Origin: Thermoplasmata archaeon
GTDB taxonomy: Archaea; Thermoplasmatota; Thermoplasmata; GCA-020350865
NCBI GenBank assembly: GCA_020348445.1
Contig: CP070751.1
Coordinates: forward strand, 343,772-407,771
Length of the DNA: 64,000 nt
Direction of reading: 5' to 3'
Part shown: positions 10,301 to 19,713 of the stretch, piece after piece
How positions within the stretch are numbered: the first letter of the stretch is position 1
Layout of the letters: every line of letters starts with the position of its first letter
The notes under the pieces: model-generated
Databases searched by the model: none
What the model was told of the DNA's origin: nothing
Seen by the model: the letters and a program-made list of their open reading frames with translations, nothing else
Program-made: the position numbers and the translations under genes

Positions 10301-13300
10301 ATACACTGGGAAAGAAAATGATAATAGAGAATTATGGTGATGCATTAACAGATGTTACTGTGTGGGTCAGCGACGAGTTGAAGGGTAAGGTCAAGTTCTC
10401 ACCCAGGATACATCACGCTTATCTTGGAGTTACAGGATTTATTTCTTTCGTGATCGACCCTGTATTGTCCTTGGATTTTGCGGGGATAAACGGTACATTG
10501 TATGTCCAGGGATACAACAAGATCGTGAATCTCTCCATCAATTTCACACTGCCTCCCGGATCCGATATTTATCTAGGTGATGCTGATTATACTATCTATA
10601 GTTACACAAATAGCAAATATTGTACAAACACTGTTGTTTGGGATACTCCCTCCGAAACACCCGCCGAAGCAAAAAAACGTAAGGGCCCCTTTGAGGCCAT
10701 AATCACGAGAACAACTGGACAGGTTCTCATCAATGGGCAGCCCGTGGTAATTGATCAAGAGGTTTATAAGGACGATGTTATCAAAACTGGGGATGATGGA
10801 GAGGTTGAGCTTGCATTCCCAGACGATGATATCTTGGAATTAGGACCAAATCTAAGTGTGAAACCCAGTGATTTACTCAAAGAAAATGACGATGATTGGT
10901 ATGAAAGGTTGGAATTGGAATTAAAAGAGATATTTAAGAAGTTACCATCTGATCATGATTTTGAAATACGTGCACCTGCAGCTGTTAGCAGCCGAAGGGG
11001 ATCTACCTTAAGACCGAATGTCGCCTCCTACTTTCCCAACTATGGCTCCGACAATTTAAAGTATGCCAGTTATGCCCTTGCAGACGATGTTCATCATACA
11101 GTTTGGCATTATCGTGCAAATGGAATTAACCAGATATATTACCTGAGATGGACAGGTGAGGAGCAGGTAGATGCCAGCCTTAAAAATCTTTCCAATTCCA
11201 CTGAAAACTCATCATGGCCAATGGTCGAGGTATCTGGGGATAAGGTTTACGCAGTCTGGGTCGAAAACGTATCCGGCGACAACGAGATTTATTTTGCAAG
11301 GAGCCTGGATAATGGGACGAACTGGGAGGACCCAATGCCATTAACGAGTGCCGCAGGAGATGTGGACGATCCTGTAATCGCTATAAATTCAAGTGGTACG
11401 ATTCATGTTGTCTGGAAGGACTTCAGGTTCGGTGACAGCCAAATATTTTACATCAATAGCACTGATAATGGAACAACCTGGAGTGCTGTGCAGAATTTAA
11501 CTGAAGCATCGGGAAATTCGGAGTATCCCTCCATCTTAATGGATTCAAATGATGCCATCCACCTCCTCTGGGAGGACTTTCGAAACGGATATGGCCAGAT
11601 ATTTTATATGAACAGTACAAATGGGGGAATAAACTGGAGCAGCCAGCAGGTCATCTCAACTGGATCTGTGGATGCTGGTGAGCCATGTTTTGTAATCGAT
11701 TCCAAGGATGGCATTCATGTAGTATGGCGCGATTCCAGGCACGGGGAAAGCGAAGTGTACTACAGAAATAGCACGGATGGTGGAATCACCTGGGGCATGG
11801 AATTCAGATTGACGAATGATACATCGTATTCTGAGTATCCGGCTATTCTTGATGGTCTGAACGACACCTTCCGTGTTGCCTGGCATGATAATCGGACAGG
11901 AGATAATCTGCTTTATTACTTGGACGGCAAAGGTGGAAACATCTGGGGAGAGATGAGGCGAATTCCGCGAAGAGACCCAAATGTGGAGGATGTCTTTTTA
12001 GTGATAACCTTCGAACTCCAAGATGAGGAAAGCAAATACAGAAAACACGATGTCTATGTGTCTGTAAATGGTTATGAAGTTGCCGCCCTAATAGATACTG
12101 TTCCAAACGGAAGTTATATCTTCGAGGTGGACCCATCCTATGTTAATTACGGCGACGGGGAAGTTGTATTAAACGAGATCAACATAAGAACAGAGAGATT
12201 GGGATACGGTCACTATATCGTCTCAGCAAACAAGGCGCTGATATTCCACTTAAGCTATGTGGATATCCCTGTTGTGGCCATGAACCAAAGCCACGCAGAT
12301 TCCATTGTAAAGAACCTGAACAAAGGTATTTGGCAGGGTGTCGACCCCGCTGTATATGTCAATGACCTAGAGCTCAACACCACCACAATTCCCACCGAAG
12401 GCGATAATATCACCATAAATGCAACCATAAGAAACATGGGCGAGGATGATGTAACTGACGTACAGGTTCAGTTCTTTGATGGAGATCCAAGTTCTAGTGG
12501 CATCCAAATCGGTTCAGATATAATAATCCCAATAATTACCTCCTATGGTATGGAAACCGTCAACATGAGTTGGACCACAGTTGGAGGAACCCATAGGGTA
12601 TTTGTTGTGGTGGATGGCAGCGACTCCATAGTTGAAATCAATCCCATGAACAACATCGCATTCATAACTATATTCACGTTCTCTTCAATTCCACCAGCTG
12701 GCTCCATCATTATAAATGACGATGATCAGTATACAAATAACCTTGATATAATATTGGCTCTATCGGCTGCTGGCGCGAATCCTGTTGTCGAGATGGCATT
12801 ATCTAATGATAACAGTTCATGGTCTGACTGGGAGGAATACATTGAATCGAGGACATGGATCTTGACACCTGGTGACGGTAACAAAACAGTCTATGTTAAA
12901 TACAGGGATTTAGCCTCTCTTGTTTCGCTGATTTATTCAGATAATATAACACTGGATGTTACCCCACCCACAGGTTCAATCTTGATCAACAACGACGATA
13001 CTTATACAAATTCCACCTCAGTCACCCTCACTCTCACAGCCACAGACATCACAAGCGGAATTTACCAGATGGCGTTCTCTGACGATAACTCTACTTGGTC
13101 ACTTTGGGAATCTTATGCACCAACAAAATTGTGGATAATACCAATAGGCGATGGAAATAAGACTGTATATGTTAAATTCTTGGACAATGCCACTGTGACA
13201 TCCTTAGTCTATCACGATGTCATAATCCTGGACAGCACCCCGCCCACAGGTTCGATTGCCATCAATGGTGGTGCACAATACACGAACTCAGCATCTGTTA

Positions 13301-15684
13301 CCCTCACCCTGAACGCAACAGACACGCTTTCTGGTGTCTTTGAGATGGCATTCTCCAACGACAACTCTACATGGACATCCTTAGAAGCTTATTCCACATC
13401 AAAAACCTGGACCCTAACCACAGGGGACGAGAATAAGACTGTCTACGTTAAATTCAGGGACAACATGCAGATGGAATCAGAGGCCTTTTCATCCTGGATA
13501 ATTTTTGACACCGCTGTGCCAACTGGAACCATTACAATTGAAAACGGAGCCGAGTACATCAGTTCAACTGATGTAGTGCTAACACTCTCATCATTTGATG
13601 CAACAAGTGGTATTTCCCAGATGGCATTCTCCCACGACAGCATAACATGGTATCCCTGGGAAAGTTACGCGCCAACAAGGAATTGGATCCTAATATCAGG
13701 CGATGGGATCAAGACTGTGTACATTAGATTCATGGACAACTCATCCTTGGTTTCGGCAGAGTATTCGGACACGATAACCCTGGATACAACCCCGCCTATG
13801 GGCTCGATTTCGATTAACTACGATGATGGGTATGCAACCTCCACCGATACCACCCTCACCATATCTGCTGCCGACATGACAAGCGGCATGTTCCAGATGT
13901 CGTTCTCAAACGACAACACGACGTGGACTGCCTGGGAGAATTATGCCACAACAAAGATATGGATTTTAACAACTGATGATGGATTAAAGACCGTTTATGC
14001 AAGATTCATGGATAACGCACAATTGGTCTCGATGGTGTATTTGGATGATATCATTTTAGATACAACATCACCATCTGTTTCGAGCTTCTCACCCGAGGGT
14101 TCCGAAATCGAGGAGGATGTCACAATAACGATAACATTTAGCGAGGCCATGGACAAATCCTCTGTTGAGAAGGCATTCTCCATAAGACCAAAAGTCGATG
14201 GCATTTTTACTTGGGAAAATAATTATACGCTGACTTTCACCCCATCATCTGCTCTTGCTTATGGTCAGAGTTATAGCGTTTCAATTGGAGTTGGAGCAAC
14301 AGACCTTGCCGGATTGGCTCTTGGAAGAGCGGCAACTACATCTTTCACAATTATTCCAGATACCGACGGTGACGGCATTCCCGATAACGATGATTCTGAT
14401 GATGACAATGACGGAATTCCCGATGACTGGGAGGACGATAACGGCCTGGACAGATTAAATCCAAACGACGCCTCTGAGGATCCGGATTCAGATGGTCTTA
14501 CTAATCTCCAGGAGTTCCTAAACGAAACCGATCCCAATGATCCTGATACAGATGACGATGGAGTAGTGGACGGAGATGACCCCTATCCAACAGACTCATC
14601 GAGGGGGAAGGAGGAGGAACCAACCAATGATATATACATTTATATTATTTTGATCATAATAATAGTAGTGGTGATAGTTGTGCTTCTTTTATTCTTGAAA
14701 GCAAGAGGTCCCAAACCAGAAGAGGAAATCAGTGAATATACACCTCCTTCGGAACCTGAACCGCCTTCTGCTCCCATACCGCCTCAACCTCCATACACAC
14801 CTCCAACATATCCGCCTCCAACACAGCCTCCTACGCAGCCTCCAACTCAGCCCCCTCCTGCACAACCACCTGTTCAACCACCGCCAACTGCACAACCCCA
14901 GGTTCAAGCCCCTGTGCAACCAAGACCCCCTGTATACCCACAAGCTCAAACACCCCCGGTTCCAATATTTCGTCCACAACCAATGGCCCGACAGCCTCAA
15001 GTTCAACCACGACCTCCTGTCCAACAACCAGTTCAACGGCCTCCAGTTCGACCTTATCAGGCCCCACCAATGGCCCAACGACCTCCAGTTCAAGCAAGAC
15101 CACTTGTCCAACAACCAGTTCAACGGCCACCAGTTCGGCCTTATCAGGCCCCACCAATGGCCCGACAACCTCCAGTTCAAGCAAGACCACTTGTCCAACA
15201 ACCAGTTCAACGACCACCAGTTCGGCCTTATCAGGCTCCACCAGTGACTCAACGACCTTCAGTTCAACCACAACCCCCGGTCCAACCACAAGTTCAACGA
15301 CCACCAGTTCGACCTTATCAGGCCCCACCAATGGTCCAACGACCTCCTGTACACCAACCAATTCAACGACCCCCGGTTCAAACAAGACCACCTGCTCAAC
15401 CACAAGTTCAACGACCACCAGTTCGACCTTATCGGGCCCCACCGATGGCCCAACGACCTCCAGTTCAAGCAAGGCCCCCTGTACAACCACAAGTTCAACG
15501 ACCCCCAGTTCAAGCAAGACCTCCAACACAGCAACCCGTCCAACAGCCTCCAGTTCAAGCAACTCCTCCTACACAACCACCTGCTTCCCAGCCTCCAGCA
15601 GGACCAACTGATCAAAAGCCCCCAACAGAACCTGCTGAAAAGCCCCTCAAGAAAAAGCCGCCTGAATCAGAAACGCAAGAATGA
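7342..15684 (+). CDS. 2780-aa surface protein: 5 PPC-like repeats, FecR-like domain, Asp-box repeats, CARDB, 5 Ig-like repeats, SbsA-type Ig, Ca-binding DxDxDG repeats, TM, Pro/Gln-rich cytoplasmic tail
   Basis: Five DxYEPD...HxF...DxDW repeats. Four SxDxGxxW Asp-boxes. Five PPxGSIxIN...MAFSxDN.TW...KTVY repeats. DTDGDGIPD motifs. TM IYIYIILIIIIVVVIVVLLLFL. Confidence 0.85.
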   Translation: MMKNDNRNSGLGLHMFSVLVILVMVFNVTIVMMTFMGDNVSAVDIYEPDNSSGQASSIPTDGTVQSHDFDPAGDEDWMVFSATVDMMYTIETFNLGDADTVMYLYDTDGVTELGFDDDGGDELWASKIEWIAPRSDNFYIMVYEYDGYGGSTYTYDINVIESTPPVGDTYEPDGTQAEASTITTDGTMQNHTFHIDDDVDWIIFSATDGTTYTIETHNLIDADTFIVLVDSNGITSLAMDDNSGVGLASKIEWTFSRDDNYYVVVVENYGNSGPTYSYDINIIISGVSQGDAYEPDNTPGEASTITVDGTKQNHTFHIPGDEDWVRFSATSGNLYTIETHNLNHTDTVIYLYDTDGVTILELDDDAGEELASKIQWIATNTANFYVRIMDINGEGNENYSYEFNITETIPPPGDAYEPDNIYTDSSSIPTDGTNQSHTFHIQGDEDWITFSAQAGNIYIIATHNLTDADTVIYLYDTDGVTVLEADDDGGAGFASEIQWLAPRSDDFYIRVVEYSDKGGLTFSYDINVTETIPPSGDTYEPDDTAGEASLLTTDGTVQSHTFHVPGDEDWIVFSITPGTIYTIETSDLGPSCDTRIYLYTSDGTTLIEFDDDSGSDLASRIIWNSSGYPAGNYYISVLEFQEGFGDDYSYNISIVEGALKTYEFGIIITPSWQSTSVGSQVQFNIEVYNDGPITDSFELDVMGFDPKWMELSKDHVTLVPGEEEDITLTIDVPVTANPGSYDFKVEIYSVHNNFSKSASVTLDVSMDPIITNLYPRNGTVTGSQDILFSWSTTIESSTQVFLKKASDSTYTQYVGQKGTSHSLTVTGLDRNTWYDFYVVSTSDYGSSTSAVRSFLITNAIVFSERSYDFTVERDYNQLRTISVVNTDSIPYKLLVTVENPDDDLIAGFVGNGSQDKIVTLDPGESMDLTLAIHAQDTLSLDYQLVVNLSSIPTNGSDEIVYDFANVNVHIAHVDANFTVTEILIYPYTLGKKMIIENYGDALTDVTVWVSDELKGKVKFSPRIHHAYLGVTGFISFVIDPVLSLDFAGINGTLYVQGYNKIVNLSINFTLPPGSDIYLGDADYTIYSYTNSKYCTNTVVWDTPSETPAEAKKRKGPFEAIITRTTGQVLINGQPVVIDQEVYKDDVIKTGDDGEVELAFPDDDILELGPNLSVKPSDLLKENDDDWYERLELELKEIFKKLPSDHDFEIRAPAAVSSRRGSTLRPNVASYFPNYGSDNLKYASYALADDVHHTVWHYRANGINQIYYLRWTGEEQVDASLKNLSNSTENSSWPMVEVSGDKVYAVWVENVSGDNEIYFARSLDNGTNWEDPMPLTSAAGDVDDPVIAINSSGTIHVVWKDFRFGDSQIFYINSTDNGTTWSAVQNLTEASGNSEYPSILMDSNDAIHLLWEDFRNGYGQIFYMNSTNGGINWSSQQVISTGSVDAGEPCFVIDSKDGIHVVWRDSRHGESEVYYRNSTDGGITWGMEFRLTNDTSYSEYPAILDGLNDTFRVAWHDNRTGDNLLYYLDGKGGNIWGEMRRIPRRDPNVEDVFLVITFELQDEESKYRKHDVYVSVNGYEVAALIDTVPNGSYIFEVDPSYVNYGDGEVVLNEINIRTERLGYGHYIVSANKALIFHLSYVDIPVVAMNQSHADSIVKNLNKGIWQGVDPAVYVNDLELNTTTIPTEGDNITINATIRNMGEDDVTDVQVQFFDGDPSSSGIQIGSDIIIPIITSYGMETVNMSWTTVGGTHRVFVVVDGSDSIVEINPMNNIAFITIFTFSSIPPAGSIIINDDDQYTNNLDIILALSAAGANPVVEMALSNDNSSWSDWEEYIESRTWILTPGDGNKTVYVKYRDLASLVSLIYSDNITLDVTPPTGSILINNDDTYTNSTSVTLTLTATDITSGIYQMAFSDDNSTWSLWESYAPTKLWIIPIGDGNKTVYVKFLDNATVTSLVYHDVIILDSTPPTGSIAINGGAQYTNSASVTLTLNATDTLSGVFEMAFSNDNSTWTSLEAYSTSKTWTLTTGDENKTVYVKFRDNMQMESEAFSSWIIFDTAVPTGTITIENGAEYISSTDVVLTLSSFDATSGISQMAFSHDSITWYPWESYAPTRNWILISGDGIKTVYIRFMDNSSLVSAEYSDTITLDTTPPMGSISINYDDGYATSTDTTLTISAADMTSGMFQMSFSNDNTTWTAWENYATTKIWILTTDDGLKTVYARFMDNAQLVSMVYLDDIILDTTSPSVSSFSPEGSEIEEDVTITITFSEAMDKSSVEKAFSIRPKVDGIFTWENNYTLTFTPSSALAYGQSYSVSIGVGATDLAGLALGRAATTSFTIIPDTDGDGIPDNDDSDDDNDGIPDDWEDDNGLDRLNPNDASEDPDSDGLTNLQEFLNETDPNDPDTDDDGVVDGDDPYPTDSSRGKEEEPTNDIYIYIILIIIIVVVIVVLLLFLKARGPKPEEEISEYTPPSEPEPPSAPIPPQPPYTPPTYPPPTQPPTQPPTQPPPAQPPVQPPPTAQPQVQAPVQPRPPVYPQAQTPPVPIFRPQPMARQPQVQPRPPVQQPVQRPPVRPYQAPPMAQRPPVQARPLVQQPVQRPPVRPYQAPPMARQPPVQARPLVQQPVQRPPVRPYQAPPVTQRPSVQPQPPVQPQVQRPPVRPYQAPPMVQRPPVHQPIQRPPVQTRPPAQPQVQRPPVRPYRAPPMAQRPPVQARPPVQPQVQRPPVQARPPTQQPVQQPPVQATPPTQPPASQPPAGPTDQKPPTEPAEKPLKKKPPESETQE
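15031..15500 (+). repeat. Coding tandem repeat, ~87-bp unit (QRPPVRPYQAPPMAQRPPVQARPLVQQPV), about 5 copies
   Basis: gttcaacggc(c/t)ccagttcg(a/g)ccttatcaggc recurs at 15031, 15118, 15205 and further, less regularly spaced, copies. Confidence 0.9.
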
Positions 15685-15771
15685 TTCTTATTAAGTTGTT
15701 CTTACCCGGCTAGATTATTTTCGTATCCAAACAAAATTATATAGCTTAAGCGCCATTCCTCGGAACAATAG

Positions 15772-16305
15772 GTGATGCAAATGGAGGATTCAGTGGCTTT
15801 TGTGGCAAATCTCATGGCCTTGTCCGCAAAGACGGCACCTAAGGGTAAGGGGGAGGACTTTCTGGAAATCAAGGTGCTTTTAGGAAATGAGAAGGATGAG
15901 GTAGCAAAACAGATGCTAATAATCGCAGATGAGAGGAAACTGCCCCTATTTACGAGGGACGGAAACAACGTAAAAGATTCGCAGGCGCTATTGCTCGTGG
16001 GCTTAAAGGAGCATAAATCTGCTGGGTTGAACTGTGCAGCCTGCGGTTTTGAAAGCTGTGAGGAATTTGACAGGGCACAGTGTGAGGGGGATTTTGTGGG
16101 TCCCAACTGCGCCATAAGGCTTCTGGATTTGGGAATCGCCCTTGGCTCTGCTGTGAAGACCGCGAGCATCCACAATGTGGACAACAGGATCATGTATAGG
16201 GTTGGTGTGGCTATTAGGAGACTGGGGATCATGGAATCCAATTATGTGATGGGCGTACCATTGAGCGTCAGCTCAAAGAGCATTTTCTTCGACAGGAAAA
16301 CTTAA
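15772..16305 (+). CDS. DUF2148-like ferredoxin-domain-containing protein
   Basis: SAKTAPKGKG, LNCAACGFESC, GPNC, DLGIALGSA, NVDNRIMYRVG, GVPLSVSSKSIFFDR match the family pattern from memory. Confidence 0.8.
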   Translation: MMQMEDSVAFVANLMALSAKTAPKGKGEDFLEIKVLLGNEKDEVAKQMLIIADERKLPLFTRDGNNVKDSQALLLVGLKEHKSAGLNCAACGFESCEEFDRAQCEGDFVGPNCAIRLLDLGIALGSAVKTASIHNVDNRIMYRVGVAIRRLGIMESNYVMGVPLSVSSKSIFFDRKT

Positions 16306-16411
16306 AAAAAGGGGAAGATAAGGCATTTCATTTGAAAATCCGTGGTTAATAGAAAAGTTTATGCTAGACCGCGTGATTATCGTAAAAAACGAGATATTAG
16401 GGGGAGCGTGC

Positions 16412-18250
16412 ATGTCGGAACAAATGGAAGAACTTCTTTCAGTATTGGAAACTGAGCAACTCAAAGGAGTGGCAGAAAAGTTCGGGATAGACTGCTCAAA
16501 ATGCAAGCGTAAGGAAGAATATGTCATCACGATATCGGACAGCCAAAAATTTGAAATTGAAGAATTGCGATCATTTTTGGGTTTGGATTCATCGCGGGAA
16601 GACGAGGGTGCAACCAGTTTCGGTGAGGCTGAAAAACTGCTTTCTGAGTCGAAAGCCATATACGATTCTGGGGATTACATAGCTTCGATAAACAAGGCCA
16701 CAGAGGCACTTGATTTGGGTGCCAAGGCTCTGAATGAATTCTATGGAAAGGGTCTGTCTTATGCGATCCGCTCCTCCGAGAAAATGATTTCAAATCTAAA
16801 GGATATGGATATTGACGCATCATCCATAGAGGAAATCCTGACAGAAGCAAAACAATCCCATGAAAACCAGGAATACGAATATGCTCAAAGCGTCGTGATC
16901 AAGCTTAGGGATGCCATAAGCGACCTTATAAATGAGCATGCCCAAAAGATCGCAGATCAAATCGAGGTGGTACAAACCCTAATAGATGGCTCAAAGGAAA
17001 TGGGCGCAGATGTGTCTGCGGCCGAGAGCAAACTTGCGGAAGCAAGACAGCATCATGCTGGCGATTCCCTGCCCTCTGCCCTCGATGCAATAAAGGAATC
17101 AGAACAACTTGCACAGACAGCCCGCGAAGGCAAGGTGCAGGAGATATCTGATACAATATCGCGCTCTGCTAAACTTATCGAAGATGCAAAATATCTGCAC
17201 GCACCAGTCTCAGAAGCAGAGGAATTACTAGAGGCTGCAAAAAGTGCATTTGATGAAGAGGACTACGCATTGGCCCTCAAGAACGCCAATTCTGCTTCTG
17301 ATTCAGCCAATGTCGCAAGAGATGAGCAGATTAAAAGGGCACTGAGCCTCCAGGAGAAGATAAAAGAGGTCCCGTCCGAGGCAGAAGCACCTGAAGTTGC
17401 AGAGGCCGAGGAGGCCGCTTTGCCCTCAGAGGAAGCCGTACCCGCAGTAACTGGCAAGGTATGCCCCAACTGCGGCGGTGAGCCAACCTATGTTGAGCAG
17501 TACGAGAGGTATTACTGCTATCCCTGCAGCGAATATATAGAGCCTGTGGAAAGGGAAGAAGAGGTGGAGGTTGCGGCAGAGCCCGAGGTCGGGGAGGCAG
17601 CCAAGGTATGCCCTGGATGCGGTGGTGAGCCAACCTATGTTGAGCAGTACAAGAAATACTACTGCTATTCATGCGAGGAATATGTGGAGCCTCAGGAGAA
17701 AAAGGTAGAAGAGGAGGCTGCGGTAGAGCCTGAAGCGGGCGAAGCTGCCAAGGTATGCCCTGGATGCGGCGGTGAGCCAACTTATGTTGAACAGTATAAG
17801 AGGTACTACTGCTACGAGTGCGGGGAATATGTGGAGCCTCAGGAGAAAAAGGTAGAAGAGGAGGCTGCGGCAGAGCCTGAGGCGGGGGAAGCAGCCAAGG
17901 TTTGCCCTGGATGCGGTGGTGAGCCAACTTATGTGGAGGAGTACAAGAGGTACTACTGCTACACCTGCAGCGAGTATGTGGAGCCTTCTGAGAAGAAAGT
18001 GGAGAAGGCCGAAGAGGTAATAAAACCAACGAAAGAGGCCAAGGTATGCCCCACTTGCGGTGATGAGCCAACGTATGTAGAGGAGTACAAGAGGTACTAC
18101 TGCTACACCTGCAGCCAATATGTCGAGCCCACCGAGAAATCCGCAAAAAAGGAGCCAGAAGAGAACATCTGTCCCACATGCGGCGAAAAGGGAACATATG
18201 TTGAGGAGTACAAACGGTACTACTGCTACACTTGCAGCAAGTACCTGTAA
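16412..18250 (+). CDS. Soluble helical-repeat protein with six C-terminal tandem zinc ribbons
   Basis: Six copies of CPxCGx(E/K)xTYVE(Q/E)YxxYYCYxCxxY. Two units are near-identical at DNA level (147-bp period, 17678/17825). ATG 16412 follows GGGGGAG; the ORF track starts at 16361. Confidence 0.8.
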   Translation: MSEQMEELLSVLETEQLKGVAEKFGIDCSKCKRKEEYVITISDSQKFEIEELRSFLGLDSSREDEGATSFGEAEKLLSESKAIYDSGDYIASINKATEALDLGAKALNEFYGKGLSYAIRSSEKMISNLKDMDIDASSIEEILTEAKQSHENQEYEYAQSVVIKLRDAISDLINEHAQKIADQIEVVQTLIDGSKEMGADVSAAESKLAEARQHHAGDSLPSALDAIKESEQLAQTAREGKVQEISDTISRSAKLIEDAKYLHAPVSEAEELLEAAKSAFDEEDYALALKNANSASDSANVARDEQIKRALSLQEKIKEVPSEAEAPEVAEAEEAALPSEEAVPAVTGKVCPNCGGEPTYVEQYERYYCYPCSEYIEPVEREEEVEVAAEPEVGEAAKVCPGCGGEPTYVEQYKKYYCYSCEEYVEPQEKKVEEEAAVEPEAGEAAKVCPGCGGEPTYVEQYKRYYCYECGEYVEPQEKKVEEEAAAEPEAGEAAKVCPGCGGEPTYVEEYKRYYCYTCSEYVEPSEKKVEKAEEVIKPTKEAKVCPTCGDEPTYVEEYKRYYCYTCSQYVEPTEKSAKKEPEENICPTCGEKGTYVEEYKRYYCYTCSKYL

Positions 18251-18415
18251 GTCGTATTTTGAAGACCCACGAAAATACCAATTAATCAGCGAAATGAACG
18301 GATTTTTCCGTGAAAATTTTAAATATCCGTAGACTGATTACCAGGGTGTCTTGTTGTTTCGAAAGGACGTGTTATTCTGGAAGATAAAAACAGTAAAAAG
18401 AAAGAGAAGAAGAAG

Positions 18416-18682
18416 ATGATTTTAGAGAGCATCGTCGAAGGCAAAAAGATGGAGCTTTACACGGAAAGGCGAACTGCCGATATGCATTACTGCATCTTTT
18501 GCGAGACCATATGCTACAAAAAGAAACCTGTAAAGATGCTGGGCAACAAGTGGATATGCATCGACTGCCTAAGGCAGCTTAAGGAACTTTTGGACTCGCT
18601 TCGGCAATGGGAAGAGGAGCTGACGTTGGAAGAGGAGATGAAGAAACAACTTGGCGACGGACTGGGGTTGCAAGAGCTATGA
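18416..18682 (+). CDS. Small zinc-finger protein
   Basis: CIFC...CIDC followed by a coiled coil. Stop overlaps the next start (ATGA at 18679-18682). Confidence 0.7.
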   Translation: MILESIVEGKKMELYTERRTADMHYCIFCETICYKKKPVKMLGNKWICIDCLRQLKELLDSLRQWEEELTLEEEMKKQLGDGLGLQEL

Positions 18683-19710
18683 CACAGTATGATGAAATAA
18701 GTACCATATCAGGTGAAAATGAGCACGTGGACAAGATGGTTATTGGAGCCCATAACGCTCTAAAATATATTTTATCCCTAAAAAAGGAGGACAGTCTTCT
18801 TGTCATCACAGACGAGAGCAAAAAGAATATAGGCAAAGCCTTTGAAGCCAGTGCAAGAAAGCTCGGTGCCAAGACTCAGTCATATGTCCTACCTGAAGAA
18901 AGTAGACCGCTTTCAGAGATACCTGAGGACTTGAACCCTTTAATAGGCTCTAGTCAGGTCTTTGTCAATGCCTTTTCCTCCAATGCAAAGGAAACACCCT
19001 TTAGAATCAAATTAGTAAAACTGCAGCAGTCCATAGGTGCCAGGGTGGGACATGCTCCTGGTATCACTGAAGATATGATGGCAGAGGGTCCAATGACTGC
19101 TGATTATGAAGAGATAGTGGGAAATGCCTGGCATCTTATGGAGGCTTTCAAATCCGCATCCAAGGTTCATATCACGACATTAGAGGGTACCGACATCACT
19201 TTGGATATAAAAGACAGGGAATTTGAAACCGATGTCAGCATAAGACCAGGCTGCATAGGCAACCTTCCTGCAGGAGAGATATGGTGCGCCCCCAAGGAGA
19301 ACGGTGCCCAGGGTATGATTTTGGTCAACGGCCCAATAGGTGATATCGGTGATGTGAGGGAACCCTTGAAGATACGAGTAGTAAACGGCAAAATCGAATC
19401 CATGGAATCCGAGGACGCGGCTCTTCTATCCAAGATCAGGGAATTAACCTCCTTGGACGATATGGCAAGCATCGTGGGGGAGTTCGGTATTGGTCTAAAT
19501 CCCAAGGCCAGGCTCACAGGAAACCTCCTTGAAGACGAGAAGGCTGGAGGAACAGCCCACATCGCCTTCGGATACAACGAGAACATGCCTGGGGGAACGA
19601 ACAACTCAAAGACTCACAGGGACTTTCTATTCCACAGGCCAACCCTAGAGGTGGAGTACAAGGACGGAAACAGAAAGGTTATCGTGAAGGACGGAAGCGT
19701 TGTATTATAG
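18679..19710 (+). CDS. Thermophilic metalloprotease / aminopeptidase (M29-like)
   Basis: GHAPGIT, NLPAGE, GEFGIGLNP, EDEKAGGTAHIAFG, HRDF motifs. ATGA coupling to the upstream ORF. Confidence 0.85.
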   Translation: MTQYDEISTISGENEHVDKMVIGAHNALKYILSLKKEDSLLVITDESKKNIGKAFEASARKLGAKTQSYVLPEESRPLSEIPEDLNPLIGSSQVFVNAFSSNAKETPFRIKLVKLQQSIGARVGHAPGITEDMMAEGPMTADYEEIVGNAWHLMEAFKSASKVHITTLEGTDITLDIKDREFETDVSIRPGCIGNLPAGEIWCAPKENGAQGMILVNGPIGDIGDVREPLKIRVVNGKIESMESEDAALLSKIRELTSLDDMASIVGEFGIGLNPKARLTGNLLEDEKAGGTAHIAFGYNENMPGGTNNSKTHRDFLFHRPTLEVEYKDGNRKVIVKDGSVVL

Positions 19711-19713
19711 GTT

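Noticed and set aside
14689-15615. Long alternative-frame and antisense ORFs (Trp/Leu- or Val/Glu-rich)
   Set aside because: Shadows of the low-complexity Pro/Gln repeat in the 2780-aa gene.
17331-18281. 316-aa and 149-aa antisense ORFs
   Set aside because: Shadows of the zinc-ribbon repeats.
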